A stretch of DNA of 64,000 bases from Dehalococcoidia bacterium (GCA_965243495.1 CBDEUZ010000007.1:1612585-1676584), one strand, 5' to 3'. Shown: positions 10,438-19,614, counted from the stretch's first letter. Numbers and translations: made by a program. Notes: a model not told the origin generated them from the sequence alone.

Positions 10438-11586
10438 ATGTCAGAATCCGTCAACGAAGTAGCCCCCGGCATCTTCCAGATGCGCATCCCGATGCCGGAT
10501 AATCCACTTGGCTACACCCTCCCATATCTCGTTACCGGTCCTGATAAGCCCATCCTCATTGACACCGGTCTCCGCTCCGAAGAGGGCATCGAAGCTCTTG
10601 AAGATCAGTTGGCAGGGCAGTTGGGAATCAAGCCCGGCCAGATTGATTTCATCCTCATTACCCACAACCATCCGGATCACTACGGCCTTGCCATCGATGC
10701 CAAGAAACTCACCGGCGGCCGCACGGCAATGCATCGCATCGACTGGGAGCAAAGTCCGTTCCGTGCGGCGATGGAGGCGATAAAGCGTGATCCGAAGAGG
10801 GCACGAAGCGACGGCGACGATCGCATGAAGTCATGGTATCGCCGACACGGCGTGCCGGAGGAAGAACTGCAGGGGGAGTTATTTGGTGGGAGGCGCGGCC
10901 GCCGCGCAATCCAGGAGGAAGAACGGCGACAGGAGCACCCGGAAGGCATCCCGTCTCATGGCGACTCAGCAGAGAAGGGCGCGAGCGACGAGCAAGAAGC
11001 ACGGCAGTGGGCGTTGTTCCGTGAGTTTGAGCCGCCTGACCTGCTGCTTGACGGCTCGGAAGTCTACAAGACCGGCAACCACAACTTGCGCGCGTTCTGG
11101 ACGCCCGGCCACACCCCTGGCCACCTTTGCTGGGTGGATGAGGAAGCTAGAATCGTCTTCACCGGCGACCACATCCTGCCTATCATCACATCCAACGTCT
11201 CCGTGCGGATGACATCGGATGGAGATCCCCTGGGTGATTATCTTGACTCGGTCGCAAAGGTGGGTGAACTGGATGTCGATCTTGTCCTGCCCGCGCACGA
11301 ACATCACTTCACTGATCTCAAGGGACGCGTGAATGAGCTGCACAAACACCACGACGCGCGCCTGGATGCCGTTCTAAAGGCGGCAGATGGCTCGCCGCGC
11401 ACAGCCTATGAGGTCGCGGCAGGTGTGCCGTGGGATGTTGGTACGTGGGAAGAAATGGATGAGTTCCTGCGTCGTGCCGCTGTTGGGGAAACGCTTTCGC
11501 ACCTTGAACACCTGAGCCGCAAGGAGACGATACGCCGCATCCGGGACGAGGGGTCGCCTCTCGTGAGGTGGCAGGCAGTGCAGTAA
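10438..11586 (+). CDS. MBL-fold metallo-hydrolase
   Basis: LIDTG, THNHPDHYG, TPGHTPGH, FTGDHIL and LPAHE; C-terminal winged-helix-like region (ETLSHLEHL). Confidence 0.9.
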   Translation: MSESVNEVAPGIFQMRIPMPDNPLGYTLPYLVTGPDKPILIDTGLRSEEGIEALEDQLAGQLGIKPGQIDFILITHNHPDHYGLAIDAKKLTGGRTAMHRIDWEQSPFRAAMEAIKRDPKRARSDGDDRMKSWYRRHGVPEEELQGELFGGRRGRRAIQEEERRQEHPEGIPSHGDSAEKGASDEQEARQWALFREFEPPDLLLDGSEVYKTGNHNLRAFWTPGHTPGHLCWVDEEARIVFTGDHILPIITSNVSVRMTSDGDPLGDYLDSVAKVGELDVDLVLPAHEHHFTDLKGRVNELHKHHDARLDAVLKAADGSPRTAYEVAAGVPWDVGTWEEMDEFLRRAAVGETLSHLEHLSRKETIRRIRDEGSPLVRWQAVQ

Positions 11587-11632
11587 CCGGCAGAAAAGGT
11601 ACAATTGGGACAAGCGAGCGCGGGGAGAGGAC

Positions 11633-12481
11633 ATGGCGGACGTAGCAACTGCCGTACAGGCTCTCAAGGAGACGGCGTCGGCGCATGAAGGACGAAATAT
11701 CGTCGACCGCGCATTCGCTCGCGAGGTCGATACCCTTCTCAACGGGTTCTACGCGGACATCACTCAACTGAAACGGATTGAACTTCAGAGCCTGTTTGAT
11801 CTTTTCCTGCTCAAGTCGCTCTACATAGACCGCCAAAGCACCAGCATCGCCACGCTTGACTATCTTGGGAGCTTGCTCGCTCGCCATGTGCGCATGAGAG
11901 AGATCTTTCCGATTCCTGATCTCGCCGCCCACTTTGGCAGCCTGCTCGAAAGCCTTATGGAAGAAGCAGAGCATGGCGCTGCACGGGAAGCGCAGAACCT
12001 CTTTGAGGCCAACCGCAACATCGCGGATAGCACACTGTTCCTTATCGGCATCTTTCCCGCGAGCCTGACCGGCCGTCGTAGCAGATGGCGCCGCCGGCGC
12101 AATCCCGCAATGCAGGCCATCCCCAGGCTGGACATCAGCTATTACACGCGTCTGGGGCGGAGTCACTACGCGCTCGCCTCCGAACACGAACTGGCACGAT
12201 GGACGGGCTTGGACGGCGTGCTCAGCCGTCTATCCAACAACTTCGACATCTACGCCGAAGTCCTGTCAGAAGTAGCTCAGACATTCATTCATGGCGTCGA
12301 CGTGCAGCGTGTGACGAATCTCATGTTGGACAGCTATAACGCGTGGCGGCGGACGGGTGATCCGCAGAGGATGGAGGAACTGCGAAAATACGCGGCTCTG
12401 CTCGCCCTGGATCCACGCCGCGCGTTTTCACGCTTGCGGCGTCGACAGCGTTACGTTCTGCTGGACCCGGCCGGGCAATAG
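11633..12481 (+). CDS. Conserved hypothetical helical protein
   Basis: 282 aa ORF with a GAGGA SD; RNIADSTLFLIGIFP...YYTRLGRSHY resembles an uncharacterised bacterial family. Confidence 0.7.
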   Translation: MADVATAVQALKETASAHEGRNIVDRAFAREVDTLLNGFYADITQLKRIELQSLFDLFLLKSLYIDRQSTSIATLDYLGSLLARHVRMREIFPIPDLAAHFGSLLESLMEEAEHGAAREAQNLFEANRNIADSTLFLIGIFPASLTGRRSRWRRRRNPAMQAIPRLDISYYTRLGRSHYALASEHELARWTGLDGVLSRLSNNFDIYAEVLSEVAQTFIHGVDVQRVTNLMLDSYNAWRRTGDPQRMEELRKYAALLALDPRRAFSRLRRRQRYVLLDPAGQ

Positions 12482-12497
12482 CTTCGGGGCTTTGCGG

Positions 12498-12995
12498 CTA
12501 GGGGAGCCTAAATTCTCGGCGCAGCCGCTCTTCGTCCTCCGGTGCCTCCGGCTTTGCTTCATCCGCCCACAGGCTGCCTGCAATTTCGGCAATTATCAGG
12601 GCAGGCAGGGGACCACCGGCCGGTCCGGCGATCAGTTCACCGAGACGGTTGAAAATTGAAGCGTCACGGGAACTGTAGAAGCGGCCAACTGGCGCCAACG
12701 CATCCTCAGATTGGTCGTCGCCTCGCCACTCCACAAGCGCCCCGTTACTTGAACTACGGGAACGCAGAGCGAGTATGCCGGTCGTAGTACGGACGGCGTG
12801 GATATCGGCACGCCGCGGCGATGTGACAACTTCACCGACTGGCAGATCTCGCAGGCTTGCGATAGTGCCAAGCAGCACGAGATTGTCAGAAGTCTCGGCA
12901 CGTGACGGCTCTGTTGGTGTGTTCGGATCATCCCGCCGCCAGGACATGGTGAGAAAGGCGCGGCGGCTTAGCTCGTTCTCATTGTCGCCAGTCAT
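12498..12995 (-). CDS. Degenerate Rieske-like protein lacking Fe-S ligands
   Basis: SRRAFL N-terminus. GILAL-RSRSSSNGA-LVEW and GRF-YSSRDAS-IFNRLGELIAGPAGGPLP align with Rieske boxes, but the protein has no Cys. Confidence 0.6.
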   Translation of the reverse strand: MTGDNENELSRRAFLTMSWRRDDPNTPTEPSRAETSDNLVLLGTIASLRDLPVGEVVTSPRRADIHAVRTTTGILALRSRSSSNGALVEWRGDDQSEDALAPVGRFYSSRDASIFNRLGELIAGPAGGPLPALIIAEIAGSLWADEAKPEAPEDEERLRREFRLP

Positions 12996-13106
12996 TTTAA
13001 GTTCGTGCCCATCATTCCGGCTGAATCTTTGGCCTTTCCTGCAACCGTTGTATCATGGTGAACGCAGTGTAAACGAGGGTAATGGCCTCAGAACACGATG
13101 ATTCGC

Positions 13107-13200
13107 GGAGGGATCGCATAGCCTGGTCTAGTGCGGCCGCCTGCTAAGCGGTTTGTCCTTTAATCGGGACACATGGGTTCGAATCCCATTCCCTCCGCCA
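13107..13200 (+). tRNA. tRNA-Ser(GCT)
   Basis: Acceptor stem GGAGGGA/TCCCTCC, anticodon arm GCCGC-CTGCTAA-GCGGT, long variable arm, GGTTCGAATCC T-arm, G discriminator and encoded CCA. Confidence 0.95.
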
Positions 13201-13255
13201 TTGCATATAGTTCGCCCGTAAGAGGCAATTGAAACGGGGATGTTGAGGGACAGGA

Positions 13256-14593
13256 ATGGCGAGTTATCACCTATGGACGGTCGGTTGTCAGATGAACGTG
13301 GCCGACTCAGACCGTCTCGGCCTCTCTCTTGACCAACTCGGCTACGAGTCGGTCCAAAAAGCAGAGGATGCTGACATCGTTGTCCTCAACAGCTGCGTTG
13401 TGCGCCAAGGGGCGGAAGACAAGGTCGTTGGCAGGTTGGACTCCCTCAAGTCATACAAGAAGAACAACCCGGACGCGACCATTGCCCTGATGGGCTGCAT
13501 GGTTGGACCTCGAACCGACGCCCTCCGCGAGAGATTTCCACACGTGGACTTCTTCCTGCGACCGCAAGACTTCACGGCGCTCGTTGAGTTTGCCGCAGAC
13601 CGGCAGGGCCTTTCCTGTGACACGGACCAGGCATTCCTTGTCCCGTCACGGCCAACGGTGAGCACCTTCGTCCCGATCATCCAGGGCTGCGATGAGTTCT
13701 GCACGTACTGCATCGTGCCGTACCGGCGCGGTAGGGAGACCAGCCGCCCCGTCGATGAACTGGTCAGGGAGGCCGAAATGCTGGCGGCACGTGGCGCGAA
13801 GGAGATCACCCTCCTCGGCCAGATTGTCGATCGCTACGGCCACGATTTGCCGGACAAGCCCGACCTTGCTGACCTGCTCCATGCCATCCACCCCGTAGAA
13901 GGTCTGGAGCGCATCCGATTCCTGACATCCCACCCGCGCGATATGACACAGCGAATCCTCGATGCTGTCGCGGAACTCCCGAAGGCATGCGAGCATCTCA
14001 ATCTGCCCTTCCAGGCCGGCTCCGATGAAGTCCTGGAACGCATGCGCCGGCCGTACACAATCGCGCAGTATATGGAACTTATTGAGCGCGCCCGCGAGAC
14101 AATCCCAGGCGTGGCCATCAGCACGGACGTTATCGTCGGTTTCTGCGGTGAGACGGACGAAGAGTTCCAGCAGACGATGGATGTGCTGGAACAAGTGAAG
14201 TTCGACATCGTGCACGTCGCGCCGTACTCGACTCGCCCGGGTACTATCGCAGATCGCAAACTCGTGGATGATGTTCCTCCAAAAGTGAAGATCGCGCGGC
14301 GCAAGGCTGTTGAAGAACTGCAGGAACGCATCGTGACGGAGTTGAACGCGCCATTGGCCGGTACCCGGCAGGAGATTCTTGTCGAGCGGCGTGTGAAAGA
14401 TGCCTGGACGGGCCGGACTCGGACGAACAAGATCGTTCACGTGCAGGGGTCAGAAGCCGATCTTGAGGGCCATGTTATTGACGTTGACATCGTGCGCGCC
14501 GGTCCCTGGTCCCTGACAGCAGTCCTGCCCGGCACGGACGCAGCCGATTCAATCAGCACGCCATCACGCGACATTGAGTTGATTCCCGCGTAG
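13256..14593 (+). CDS. miaB: tRNA (N6-isopentenyl adenosine(37)-C2)-methylthiotransferase MiaB
   Basis: GCQMNVADS UPF0004 domain, NSCVVR, radical SAM GCDEFCTYC, RFLTSHP, TDVIVGFCGET and a C-terminal TRAM domain. Confidence 0.93.
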   Translation: MASYHLWTVGCQMNVADSDRLGLSLDQLGYESVQKAEDADIVVLNSCVVRQGAEDKVVGRLDSLKSYKKNNPDATIALMGCMVGPRTDALRERFPHVDFFLRPQDFTALVEFAADRQGLSCDTDQAFLVPSRPTVSTFVPIIQGCDEFCTYCIVPYRRGRETSRPVDELVREAEMLAARGAKEITLLGQIVDRYGHDLPDKPDLADLLHAIHPVEGLERIRFLTSHPRDMTQRILDAVAELPKACEHLNLPFQAGSDEVLERMRRPYTIAQYMELIERARETIPGVAISTDVIVGFCGETDEEFQQTMDVLEQVKFDIVHVAPYSTRPGTIADRKLVDDVPPKVKIARRKAVEELQERIVTELNAPLAGTRQEILVERRVKDAWTGRTRTNKIVHVQGSEADLEGHVIDVDIVRAGPWSLTAVLPGTDAADSISTPSRDIELIPA

Positions 14594-14620
14594 ACGCCAC
14601 CTGCAATCTGCAGGAAAAAG

Positions 14621-14648
14621 AAGGGGGCGGCCAAATGGCCGCCCCCTT
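14621..14648. terminator. Intrinsic terminator between convergent genes (likely bidirectional)
   Basis: Hairpin AAGGGGGCGGCC-AAAT-GGCCGCCCCCTT with an A-tract before it and a short T-tract after it. Confidence 0.8.
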
Positions 14649-14680
14649 TACTATCTGCGAAATGGTTCGCGTGAGCGCAC

Positions 14681-15424
14681 TTACTCCATGCTCTCGACTT
14701 CGATGTCCTTGATGGTGATCTCGCCGGCCACCATTGTGCCGGTAAAGGTAAACTCCGGCCCAAAGACTGCGTGGTTGAAGGGCGCTGTATTCGGGTCGAA
14801 GAACGTCGTGAACTCGAACCTGTCACCGGCGCCTCCGCCGCCCATGCCCCCATCGACGGCCGTCACGCGATAGCTGGCGGGCTCAGGTGTCGTCCGGCTG
14901 CCGTGGGCCGCCTTGAATTCTGCGGGCACCAGGGCGTTCTCAGTGAGATCGACCTCCGTGAAGCAATCTAGTGTCCCCGTAAGGACGATCTGTGTTGAGC
15001 CATCGGCGTTGGTGGAAATTTCGTAGCTATCCACGCTATTGGATGCCATGGCCATGTAGAACGTGTGGGCATCAATCGGAATCTCGCCCAGCGCGTTCGT
15101 CGGCATCACGAAATCCGTAAAGTTGGTGTCCACGCGGCACATTGCGTATTCAGTGCTGAACGAGAAAACCTCATCCATCACGTGGGAGACGCCCATATCA
15201 AGTGTCGGCATCGACTTCTCATTGACGCCTCCGCCAAACGCGGTAATGGCCGCCAATTCCTCAACCTGTCCCGAAAGAGCGCTCTTATCGCTCTCTAGAG
15301 CTGCGTTGTCGTCCTCCAGGCCGCTGATGGTTCCCTGCTGCGAGAAATACACCGCGCCGCCTGCGATGATTGCAAGCACCAATGCTGCAACCGCCGCAAT
15401 AGAAAGTGGAACGTTATTGTTCAC
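14681..15424 (-). CDS. Membrane-anchored/exported hypothetical protein
   Basis: GTG start with a GGAGGAAGGA SD region; N-terminal TM helix, short coiled coil, then an acidic beta-rich domain with two Cys. Confidence 0.75.
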   Translation of the reverse strand: MNNNVPLSIAAVAALVLAIIAGGAVYFSQQGTISGLEDDNAALESDKSALSGQVEELAAITAFGGGVNEKSMPTLDMGVSHVMDEVFSFSTEYAMCRVDTNFTDFVMPTNALGEIPIDAHTFYMAMASNSVDSYEISTNADGSTQIVLTGTLDCFTEVDLTENALVPAEFKAAHGSRTTPEPASYRVTAVDGGMGGGGAGDRFEFTTFFDPNTAPFNHAVFGPEFTFTGTMVAGEITIKDIEVESME

Positions 15425-15515
15425 GTGAATCCTTCCTCCCCGGGAAAAGCCCCATTAACGAGTGGCTGACATTGCCGTTTACTGTATCCCACAATTACAA
15501 AACGGGAAAGCAAAT

Positions 15516-15543
15516 CTATAAATACGCATATGCGTATTTATAG
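15516..15543. promoter_or_regulatory. Perfect 28 bp palindrome, candidate operator
   Basis: CTATAAATACGCAT|ATGCGTATTTATAG is an exact inverted repeat with no spacer, in an AT-rich intergenic region. Confidence 0.6.
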
Positions 15544-15563
15544 CAAAGGTATTTTCTGTTGAC

Positions 15564-15749
15564 CTAAAGATCCTGTAAGGGTTCAAGCATCCAGGCTGCC
15601 CACGCCCGGAGCTGGTCCTCAATGTCGTTGCCGCACCGGGGGCATTCGTAGTCGCCGTAACGGATGCGGGTCTTGCACTCGGGACAGGAGATCGTTGCGC
15701 TGCTCATCGCCTGCACCACGTGGCTGATCTGATCTTCGGTGGCACTCAT
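15564..15749 (-). CDS. Small zinc-ribbon protein
   Basis: 61 aa with CPEC...CPRC; fills an intergenic gap and is co-oriented with its neighbours. Confidence 0.65.
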   Translation of the reverse strand: MSATEDQISHVVQAMSSATISCPECKTRIRYGDYECPRCGNDIEDQLRAWAAWMLEPLQDL

Positions 15750-15918
15750 TTACTGAATCGGCGTCGTCCCTTCGTAATGGTTGCCTACCGATGCTAGCAC
15801 GATGCAGAGAGTTGCGACGCCCATTTAGGCGCAGCTGAGATTGTGGAGTCCCACTCTGTTTGGAACCTGACCTGCCGGGTCAATTCACGAGTATCCCGGT
15901 TACCTTATGGTGAAACGA

Positions 15919-17694
15919 CTAGATATCCCGCTCAGGCACGAACTTCGCCCGTCGATGTATCCCTGTCGCGCCGCTCGGACGATTCCCCATCTGAGCCTCG
16001 ATCTGCGGCGTCCCATCGGCCTCGTAGCAGCGAACCCGCATGCTGTGATTACCCGCTTCAAACGGCCAATCGTATCGCCAGATTACCCAGGTTGTGTCTG
16101 AAAGCGGCTCGCGAAGCTGTGCCGGCTGCCAAGCCCCGTCGTCCACGCTGACCTCAACTCTCGAGATGCCCCGTTCTCCTGCGTAGGCGATGCCGCCAAC
16201 CGGAACCAGCGTCTGGCCGTCCTGCTCAAATGCCGCATTGTCGGAAATTGTATCCACCACAGACGTGGCACGTACACGAGCAACCTCATCCCACCGCCGC
16301 GACACCCAATACCCCTCGGTGTACTCCGTCTGAACCGTCATCTTTGTAATCCACTTCGGCTGCTTCATCCCGTAACGGTCCGGCAGCCAGATGCGGAGCG
16401 GGAAGCCGTGCTCCACGGGTATCGGCCTTTCATCCCACGCATATGCCAGCATGATCCGCTCATCCTGGTCGATGAGTTCAAGGTCCACAATCTCGTGAAA
16501 TCCGTCGCCGCTCTCGATGTTCACGTAGCGCGCCCCCGGCAACGGCTGAACATCCGCCAGGATGTCCTTGAAGCTCGCGCCCGTCCACTGTGTCGTGCTG
16601 ATCAGTGGACCGCCGACGCGGTTCGAGATGCAGGAGAGTGTGATGAATTGGCTGCGCGGTTCGTAATTGTCGCGGATGTCCTCAATCGACAGCTCGACGG
16701 GATTCGCCACCAGTCCGCTGATGGGCAGCACCCAGGATGCCCCGTCGATAACCGTGGGCGTCGTCCGGATGAAGATACGGTAGTGGTCCTCCACGGCGGT
16801 GTACTCGGTCCGCGTGCCCGGCGCAGGCATCACCGGATCGCCGTCATTCGGGAACGACGTAACGCCTCCTACCATCAACTCCTCATCCACGCCTTCCGGC
16901 ATGGTGATTGTTGACCCGCCGCTGCCCGCGTTGCCGATGAGGTTCCCCGTCACTGATCCCGCGACCGTGATGACTGCCGCGGCGCCCCCGACCCGGACGA
17001 TGAACTCACGGCGATTCATACCACCTTCAGAGCCCCATGTCGGCTGCGCCGATGCCTCCTGGTATTGCCGTGTGTGAACGACCGGAGGCGGCTCCGAAAT
17101 TCCCTCCATGTCCTCCGGTACGTCGTCAGAAACCGTGGGTTCAGCAGGTGCATCGAGGTCAGCGGCCATCGGTGAGAACACTGGCTCTTCCATCGTGCGT
17201 GGTAGCACTCCCTCGAGTACGACGCCGGCTGCGTAGCCCCATGCAGCAAACACAGCTGTAATCCAGACAACGCTTACCAGCGCGGGAAGCGTTGAGCCGC
17301 CAATTGCGAGGGACACGAATGTCATGGCAAGCCCAATAGCGACGCCCACATAAAAGGCAACTCTGCGTAGGTCAAGGGTGAGGATAGGAGCGATAATCGC
17401 CACAAGTGTAACTAGGGCCGCGCCCATTCCAAAGAACTGAAGCAGGGCGATGGCCAACTCGGCCGTCTTCGCCGTATCCGCCACGTCCAGCCCGACAAGG
17501 ATCATCCCGTCGATGAACAGATCCAGCCCGAATGTGACAAGCGGCCCCGGCAGGACGCGTGTTATCCAGTCGAAGAGATCATAGGGAGGGAAGGGAAGCT
17601 CGAAGAGCTTATTGGCCAAATAAAACAGCGCCATCAATGGCGCCGTTACTATGGCTCCCGCCGCTGCTCCGCCGACTATCCGTGACCCGGGCAT
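15919..17694 (-). CDS. Molybdopterin-dependent oxidoreductase, sulfite oxidase family, polytopic N-terminus
   Basis: About four TM helices, then internal NRREF plus a TM helix; Moco Cys in TLSCISN; HGFPLR, GMKQPKW and GYWVSRRW; C-terminal dimer domain RVEVSVDDG..W; AGGAG SD. Confidence 0.9.
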   Translation of the reverse strand: MPGSRIVGGAAAGAIVTAPLMALFYLANKLFELPFPPYDLFDWITRVLPGPLVTFGLDLFIDGMILVGLDVADTAKTAELAIALLQFFGMGAALVTLVAIIAPILTLDLRRVAFYVGVAIGLAMTFVSLAIGGSTLPALVSVVWITAVFAAWGYAAGVVLEGVLPRTMEEPVFSPMAADLDAPAEPTVSDDVPEDMEGISEPPPVVHTRQYQEASAQPTWGSEGGMNRREFIVRVGGAAAVITVAGSVTGNLIGNAGSGGSTITMPEGVDEELMVGGVTSFPNDGDPVMPAPGTRTEYTAVEDHYRIFIRTTPTVIDGASWVLPISGLVANPVELSIEDIRDNYEPRSQFITLSCISNRVGGPLISTTQWTGASFKDILADVQPLPGARYVNIESGDGFHEIVDLELIDQDERIMLAYAWDERPIPVEHGFPLRIWLPDRYGMKQPKWITKMTVQTEYTEGYWVSRRWDEVARVRATSVVDTISDNAAFEQDGQTLVPVGGIAYAGERGISRVEVSVDDGAWQPAQLREPLSDTTWVIWRYDWPFEAGNHSMRVRCYEADGTPQIEAQMGNRPSGATGIHRRAKFVPERDI

Positions 17695-17739
17695 TGTTTA
17701 CTCCTAATTCTTACCCCCAATGATACTCCCCGTGCCAAC

Positions 17740-18666
17740 CTATGCGGCCAGACGCCGATCTTCCTCTAGTGCCCCCTCGAGCGCTCGAATCGCTACCTCA
17801 ATCTGATCGTCGTCCGGCTGGCGCGTCGTTAGCGCCTGTAGCAGCAGATTCGGCCAGATGATTGCCTTCACCATAATGTTATTCGCGTGAAACCCGCTAA
17901 ATCGAATGATTTCGTAGCTCAGTCCGGCAATAAGAGGCAGTACAACAACTCGCGAAATGACACGATCCACTAACCCGGGCGGTGTCCAAAAAACGTGGAC
18001 GATGATCGCGACCACCAGCACAACCAGGATGAAAGCTGTCCCGCATCGCGGATGGGCCGTCCCGAATTGGCGAATGGAGCCCACGTCAAGCGGCTGCCCA
18101 TGCTCCCGCGCATGGATCGTCATATGCTCCGCGCCGTGGTAGGCAAACACGCGCCTTATATCCGGCATTAGCCCGATCAACCCGATGTAAGCCACGAACA
18201 TGACCAAGCGAATCACGCCCTCAATCACGTTGCTCCACAGATTGGTCGTGTCCAGCCACGAATCAAGAAGCCCGGTCGCGAAGACCGGCGTTGCAAAGAA
18301 GATTGCGATGGCCAGCAGCAGGCTGACCGCCACAGAACTGGCGACCGCCCAGGATGATAGGCCCCCCGGCCCCTTTTCCGGGTCCTTTTCCTCCGCTCCC
18401 TCCTCCTCGGCGGCAACATTGGCGGAGAAAATCAGTGCTCGTGTTCCCACTACGAGCATTTCGCTGAGGACAATCACTCCCCGGACGAACGGGATCCGGC
18501 GAATCGTCCGCGCCCAGCGCCACCCGATAGGCTGGGTCTCGACAAGAATCTCCCCATTCGGACGGCGCACCGCCATGCTCACGCATGTCTGACCGCGGAT
18601 CATCACGCCCTCAATGAGCGCCTGACCCCCATATGTGCTTGCCGTCGGTCGGCCCGCCTCAGTCAT
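17740..18666 (-). CDS. DUF1385 (YqhQ-like) membrane protein
   Basis: YGGQALIEGVMIRG, RVFAYHGAEH, HPRCGT and LTTRQPDDDQIEVAI. Confidence 0.92.
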   Translation of the reverse strand: MTEAGRPTASTYGGQALIEGVMIRGQTCVSMAVRRPNGEILVETQPIGWRWARTIRRIPFVRGVIVLSEMLVVGTRALIFSANVAAEEEGAEEKDPEKGPGGLSSWAVASSVAVSLLLAIAIFFATPVFATGLLDSWLDTTNLWSNVIEGVIRLVMFVAYIGLIGLMPDIRRVFAYHGAEHMTIHAREHGQPLDVGSIRQFGTAHPRCGTAFILVVLVVAIIVHVFWTPPGLVDRVISRVVVLPLIAGLSYEIIRFSGFHANNIMVKAIIWPNLLLQALTTRQPDDDQIEVAIRALEGALEEDRRLAA

Positions 18667-18693
18667 CGCCGTGCGGCGACCGCGTAATGAAAG

Positions 18694-18927
18694 TTAACCC
18701 TGGTCCTCTTGGCGGCCCTGCCGCTGCGTCGTCTGCGCATAGCGGCGGCGCAGCCGCTCAACCCGACCCAGTGTATCGACGATGCGCTGCTGTCCTGTGA
18801 AGAACGGATGGCACTTATTGCATACGTCCACGCGAATCTCGGGCGTCGTTCCGCCTGTTGTCCACGAGGTCCCGCACGCGCACGTCACTTGTGTCTGGTA
18901 GTACTCAGGGTGAATTCCGGGCTTCAT
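18694..18927 (-). CDS. rpmE: 50S ribosomal protein L31 (zinc-binding type)
   Basis: MKPGIHPEY..VTCACG..VDVCNKCHPFFTG..GRVERL; the second ATG fits GGAG SD spacing. Confidence 0.96.
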   Translation of the reverse strand: MKPGIHPEYYQTQVTCACGTSWTTGGTTPEIRVDVCNKCHPFFTGQQRIVDTLGRVERLRRRYAQTTQRQGRQEDQG

Positions 18928-18957
18928 GGGCATGTTCTCCGCAAATGAAAGGCGCTG

Positions 18958-19218
18958 CTACGCCTCGACGGGGTAGACGCTAACACGCTTCTTGGCACGA
19001 GTCTGATGTTCAAACTTGACCGTGCCGTCGATTAGGGAATACAGCGTGAAATCGCGACCGCGCCCGACGTTGGTTCCTTCAAAGATCTTGGTTCCGCGCT
19101 GCCGCAGGATAATCGTCCCAGCTCGCACCGTTTCGCCGTCGTAACGCTTTACGCCCAGCCGCTGTCCTTGGCTGTCACGGCCGTTTCGAGTGGTTCCGCC
19201 GCCCTTCTTATGCGCCAT
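18958..19218 (-). CDS. rpmA: 50S ribosomal protein L27
   Basis: [26 protein letters not shown]. Confidence 0.98.
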   Translation of the reverse strand: MAHKKGGGTTRNGRDSQGQRLGVKRYDGETVRAGTIILRQRGTKIFEGTNVGRGRDFTLYSLIDGTVKFEHQTRAKKRVSVYPVEA

Positions 19219-19258
19219 CGTTGTCTATCCCTTTGCTCTTTCTTTCCAGGATGCCGGG

Positions 19259-19576
19259 CTAAGCGGGAACGATCTCCCGCACGAGCAGTTCGGTAATTGG
19301 CTGCCGGTGTCCACGCTTGCGTCGATACCGCACCTTGGACTTGTACTTGAAGACGACAATCTTCTTGTCTTTGCCCTGCTTCTCGACCTCCGCGATCACC
19401 TTCGCCCCTTCAATTGTCGGTTTCCCAACGGCGATGTCGTCATCGTTGGTGATCATCAGAACCTGGTCAAGCTCAACGAGCTCCCCTTCCTCGGCCTCGA
19501 GCTTCTCTACGGAAACCCTCTGGCCCGGGGACACACGATACTGCTTGCCGCCCGTCTGGACGATTGCGTAGTTGAT
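19259..19576 (-). CDS. rplU: 50S ribosomal protein L21 (probable non-canonical ATC start)
   Basis: [13 protein letters not shown]...[15 protein letters not shown]; SD GAGGTG lies 5 nt before ATC at 19576. Confidence 0.95.
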   Translation of the reverse strand: MNYAIVQTGGKQYRVSPGQRVSVEKLEAEEGELVELDQVLMITNDDDIAVGKPTIEGAKVIAEVEKQGKDKKIVVFKYKSKVRYRRKRGHRQPITELLVREIVPA

Positions 19577-19614
19577 GGAATCACCTCGTGAATTTTGTAG
19601 CGAAAGTGGCATCA

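Noticed and set aside
13107-13200. tRNA-Ser as an integration site
   Set aside because: No adjacent integrase, no duplicated tRNA 3' end noticed, and miaB follows directly.
13107-14593. tRNA-Ser(GCT) as the substrate partner of the neighbouring MiaB
   Set aside because: MiaB acts on i6A37 tRNAs with A36. This anticodon ends in U36, so the adjacency is probably not substrate-based.
15831-15900. TPP-riboswitch-like words (GCTGAGA ... GAACCTGA) on the plus strand
   Set aside because: The ACCC, GNTAAT and terminal AGGGA elements are missing, and there is no plus-strand gene downstream. An Infernal search with RF00059 would settle it.
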